Source: Adineta vaga
Taxonomy: Eukaryota; Animalia; Rotifera
Length of the DNA stretch: 64,000 bases
Direction of reading: 5' to 3'
Assembly (NCBI GenBank): GCA_021613535.1
Contig: CP075494.1
Coordinates: 3,038,001-3,102,000 of the forward strand
Below the pieces are notes generated by a model. It ran no database searches and was not told the origin of the DNA. It saw only the letters and a program-made list of their open reading frames with translations. The position numbers and the translations under genes were made by a program. Below, piece by piece: positions 62,068-64,000 of this stretch; the stretch's first letter is position 1, and the number at the start of each line of letters is the position of its first letter.

Positions 62068-62231
62068 ATGCATAGCATAGAAGAGATACGCAGACATACT
62101 TAACTCTATTTCTTTCTTTATTTGTGTTTAAATTTAATCAAAAATAATAAACAATGCTCGTCGCAAATGATTCGCTTGACTCTCGATTGATTAAGTAACA
62201 TAAATGTACATTTTAATTTGTGTTGTTAAAA

Positions 62232-62295
62232 AGAGGGCGTGTGTATGTGTGTGGACATCTCTTCTTCTTTCGCACCCTCACCCACACCCTCAAAT
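62232..62295. repeat. Telomere-like hairpin element
   Basis: AGAGGGCGTGTGTATGTGTGTGG-acatctcttcttcttt-CGCACCCTCACCCACACCCTCAAAT. Confidence 0.8.
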
Positions 62296-62531
62296 CAACG
62301 AAAGAAATTTGAAATGATTAGAATTTCATTTCTTCAGTAGAATATATACAATAAAAGATTTTGTTACAAGATTGTCTTACTCTCATCTACATGCATACCC
62401 TAACCCTCATCCTCGGTTAATATTTTAATCATTTTCATTTACAGGTACTTCAGAAAAGTATTAGATAAAAAGAAAAGATAAATTCAGGCATATTCTGTTG
62501 TCTTTAATAGAAAGAAAAACTAACTACGAAA

Positions 62532-63851
62532 ATGTTATCATCATCTATTACGTTTTACTTATTTTTACTTTTGTGCTATTCATTTTGCTTCATAACTGTC
62601 GTTAGTGAAGTGAATCGTCCCACCGTTGGTGTTATTCGTTGGGATGCCTGGAATATGATTAATGGACAATATGATTATATATCAAATCGTAGTCGTAATT
62701 GGTTTATTCCTCAACAGTATCATTATCGTTTACCATTTTTTGCTGAAGTTTTAGCAGAAAATAATGTAACAATGAATGAAGATACACAAGTAATTATGGA
62801 TCAAGAAATACTTTATGCAAAATTTGCTGGTTTTGATTATTGGGCATTCGATACTTATTGTTCATATTCATCGAATTGTACATCAAATTCGTCATTTTGT
62901 AATGAATATTTACATGATATTGCACCTGATTATTGTGTTTATAATCCAGCATATGGATTAAATCGATATTTATCAAGTCAATATGTATCATTGATTAATT
63001 TTACTCTTTTACTATTAGGTTCAACGATCTGTGATCCTGAATTACAAGACTATTATATAGATTTAATGGCACGTCCTCAATATCAAACTGTTTTAGGTGG
63101 TAGACCACTTGTATATCTATTTCAATTTACCGATAAACAAGCTCAATTTTGTGGTGGCAGTTGGACAGGTGCTAAGCAAGTCATTGATAGTTTTCGACAA
63201 AAATCTAGACAACGAAGTATATTTTATTGTGTTTCTCACAATTATGAAACTATCTCTTCATTGTTTATGGGTTATCCTAGGTTTAAAAAATCCATATATG
63301 GTTTATATGAGTCAAAATATATTGGAAGCTAAAAATAATAGTCAAGCGTTAGGTTTCGATGCTGTTTCATCATACGGAATTAATGGTGGTGGGACTGTTG
63401 AAGTAGATATTTTTAAAATTGAACTAAATTCGAAATATTTTCTTTGAAGGGTGCACCATTCAATGATAAAGTTCAACAAAATGAACAGTAAGTTATATTG
63501 AACTGTTGCTATCAATTATTAATAATATTTCTGATATACAGATGGTGGAACGCTGTTGTTCAAAGCGGGACAAAAGTGATCATACCACTTTCAACTGGAT
63601 GGGATACACGACCACAAACACGTAATGGAACTGCAACGCATTACTTACAACCTTCTGCTGAAGAATTACAAAATTTTATGAAAGATGCAATAAAAATAAC
63701 TTGTAATAATAAAAATATAACTGAAGCTCAAACAATACTTGTCTATGCTTGGAATGAATGCGCTGAGAATAGTGCAGCACTTATTCCTTCATTGGGAAAT
63801 GGTACATACTTTGTCAGAGCCCTTTCAAAAACACTTCCTATGTCCTGCTAA
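62532..63851 (+). CDS. Secreted bacterial-type glycoside hydrolase (GH99/GH71/WbsX-like TIM barrel), intron-containing
   Basis: Signal peptide; VGVIRWDAW, RLPFFA, MDQEILYAKFAGFDYWAF, GRPLVYLF, GFDAVSSY, TGWDTRP, YAWNE. Introns at about 63218-63280, 63403-63449 and 63489-63541. Confidence 0.7.
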
Positions 63852-64000
63852 AGAAAAACTTTATTGAAATTTGGTTTATATTATTTTAAACGTTATTGTG
63901 TTTCAATTGATAGTATATGCTTAAAAGTAATTAATTGATTTTTCTTTATTTAAGAAATTAAAAATAAATTTTTCTCTAATCCATAGCATATAGATTTCTT

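Noticed and set aside
1062-62416. CRISPR array or bacterial integron interpretation of the recurring palindromes
   Set aside because: Copies are dispersed kilobases apart and degenerate, with no cas or intI gene and a eukaryotic intron-containing context. The integron idea is kept only as an analogy.

Overview
This is AT-rich eukaryotic DNA with short GT-AG introns (mostly 50-80 nt). It has an expanded set of orphan rhodopsin-like GPCRs, an LDLa/EGF-7TM receptor, several intron-bearing genes of probable foreign origin (DUF4246, a C39-like peptidase, a GH99/GH71-like hydrolase, a subtilisin propeptide, FG-GAP repeats) and many gene relics. This combination is typical of a bdelloid rotifer; the taxon is inferred, not proven. 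Other genes are a cytosolic sulfotransferase, an HS/uronyl 2-O-sulfotransferase, a mono-ART/PARP, a divergent eIF5, a B-box/coiled-coil nucleotidyltransferase, a knottin precursor, tRNA-Trp and four atypical tRNA-Gly(TCC) genes. Foldback and MITE elements are also present. Two structures stand out. (1) About 20 dispersed 30-80-bp hairpin elements are built from head-to-head telomere-like hexamers (TGAGGG/TGTGGG...CCCACA/CCCTCA) and are concentrated just 3' of genes and at rearrangement junctions. (2) A 6.1-kb insert carrying a HEPN-TPR-SEL1-MYND gene is bounded by a near-perfect 574-bp direct repeat that contains a divergent tRNA-Gly pair, with a hairpin element at each insert junction. This resembles a genomic island integrated at a tRNA locus in an animal genome. 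All domain calls come from motif recognition by eye; no searches were run.
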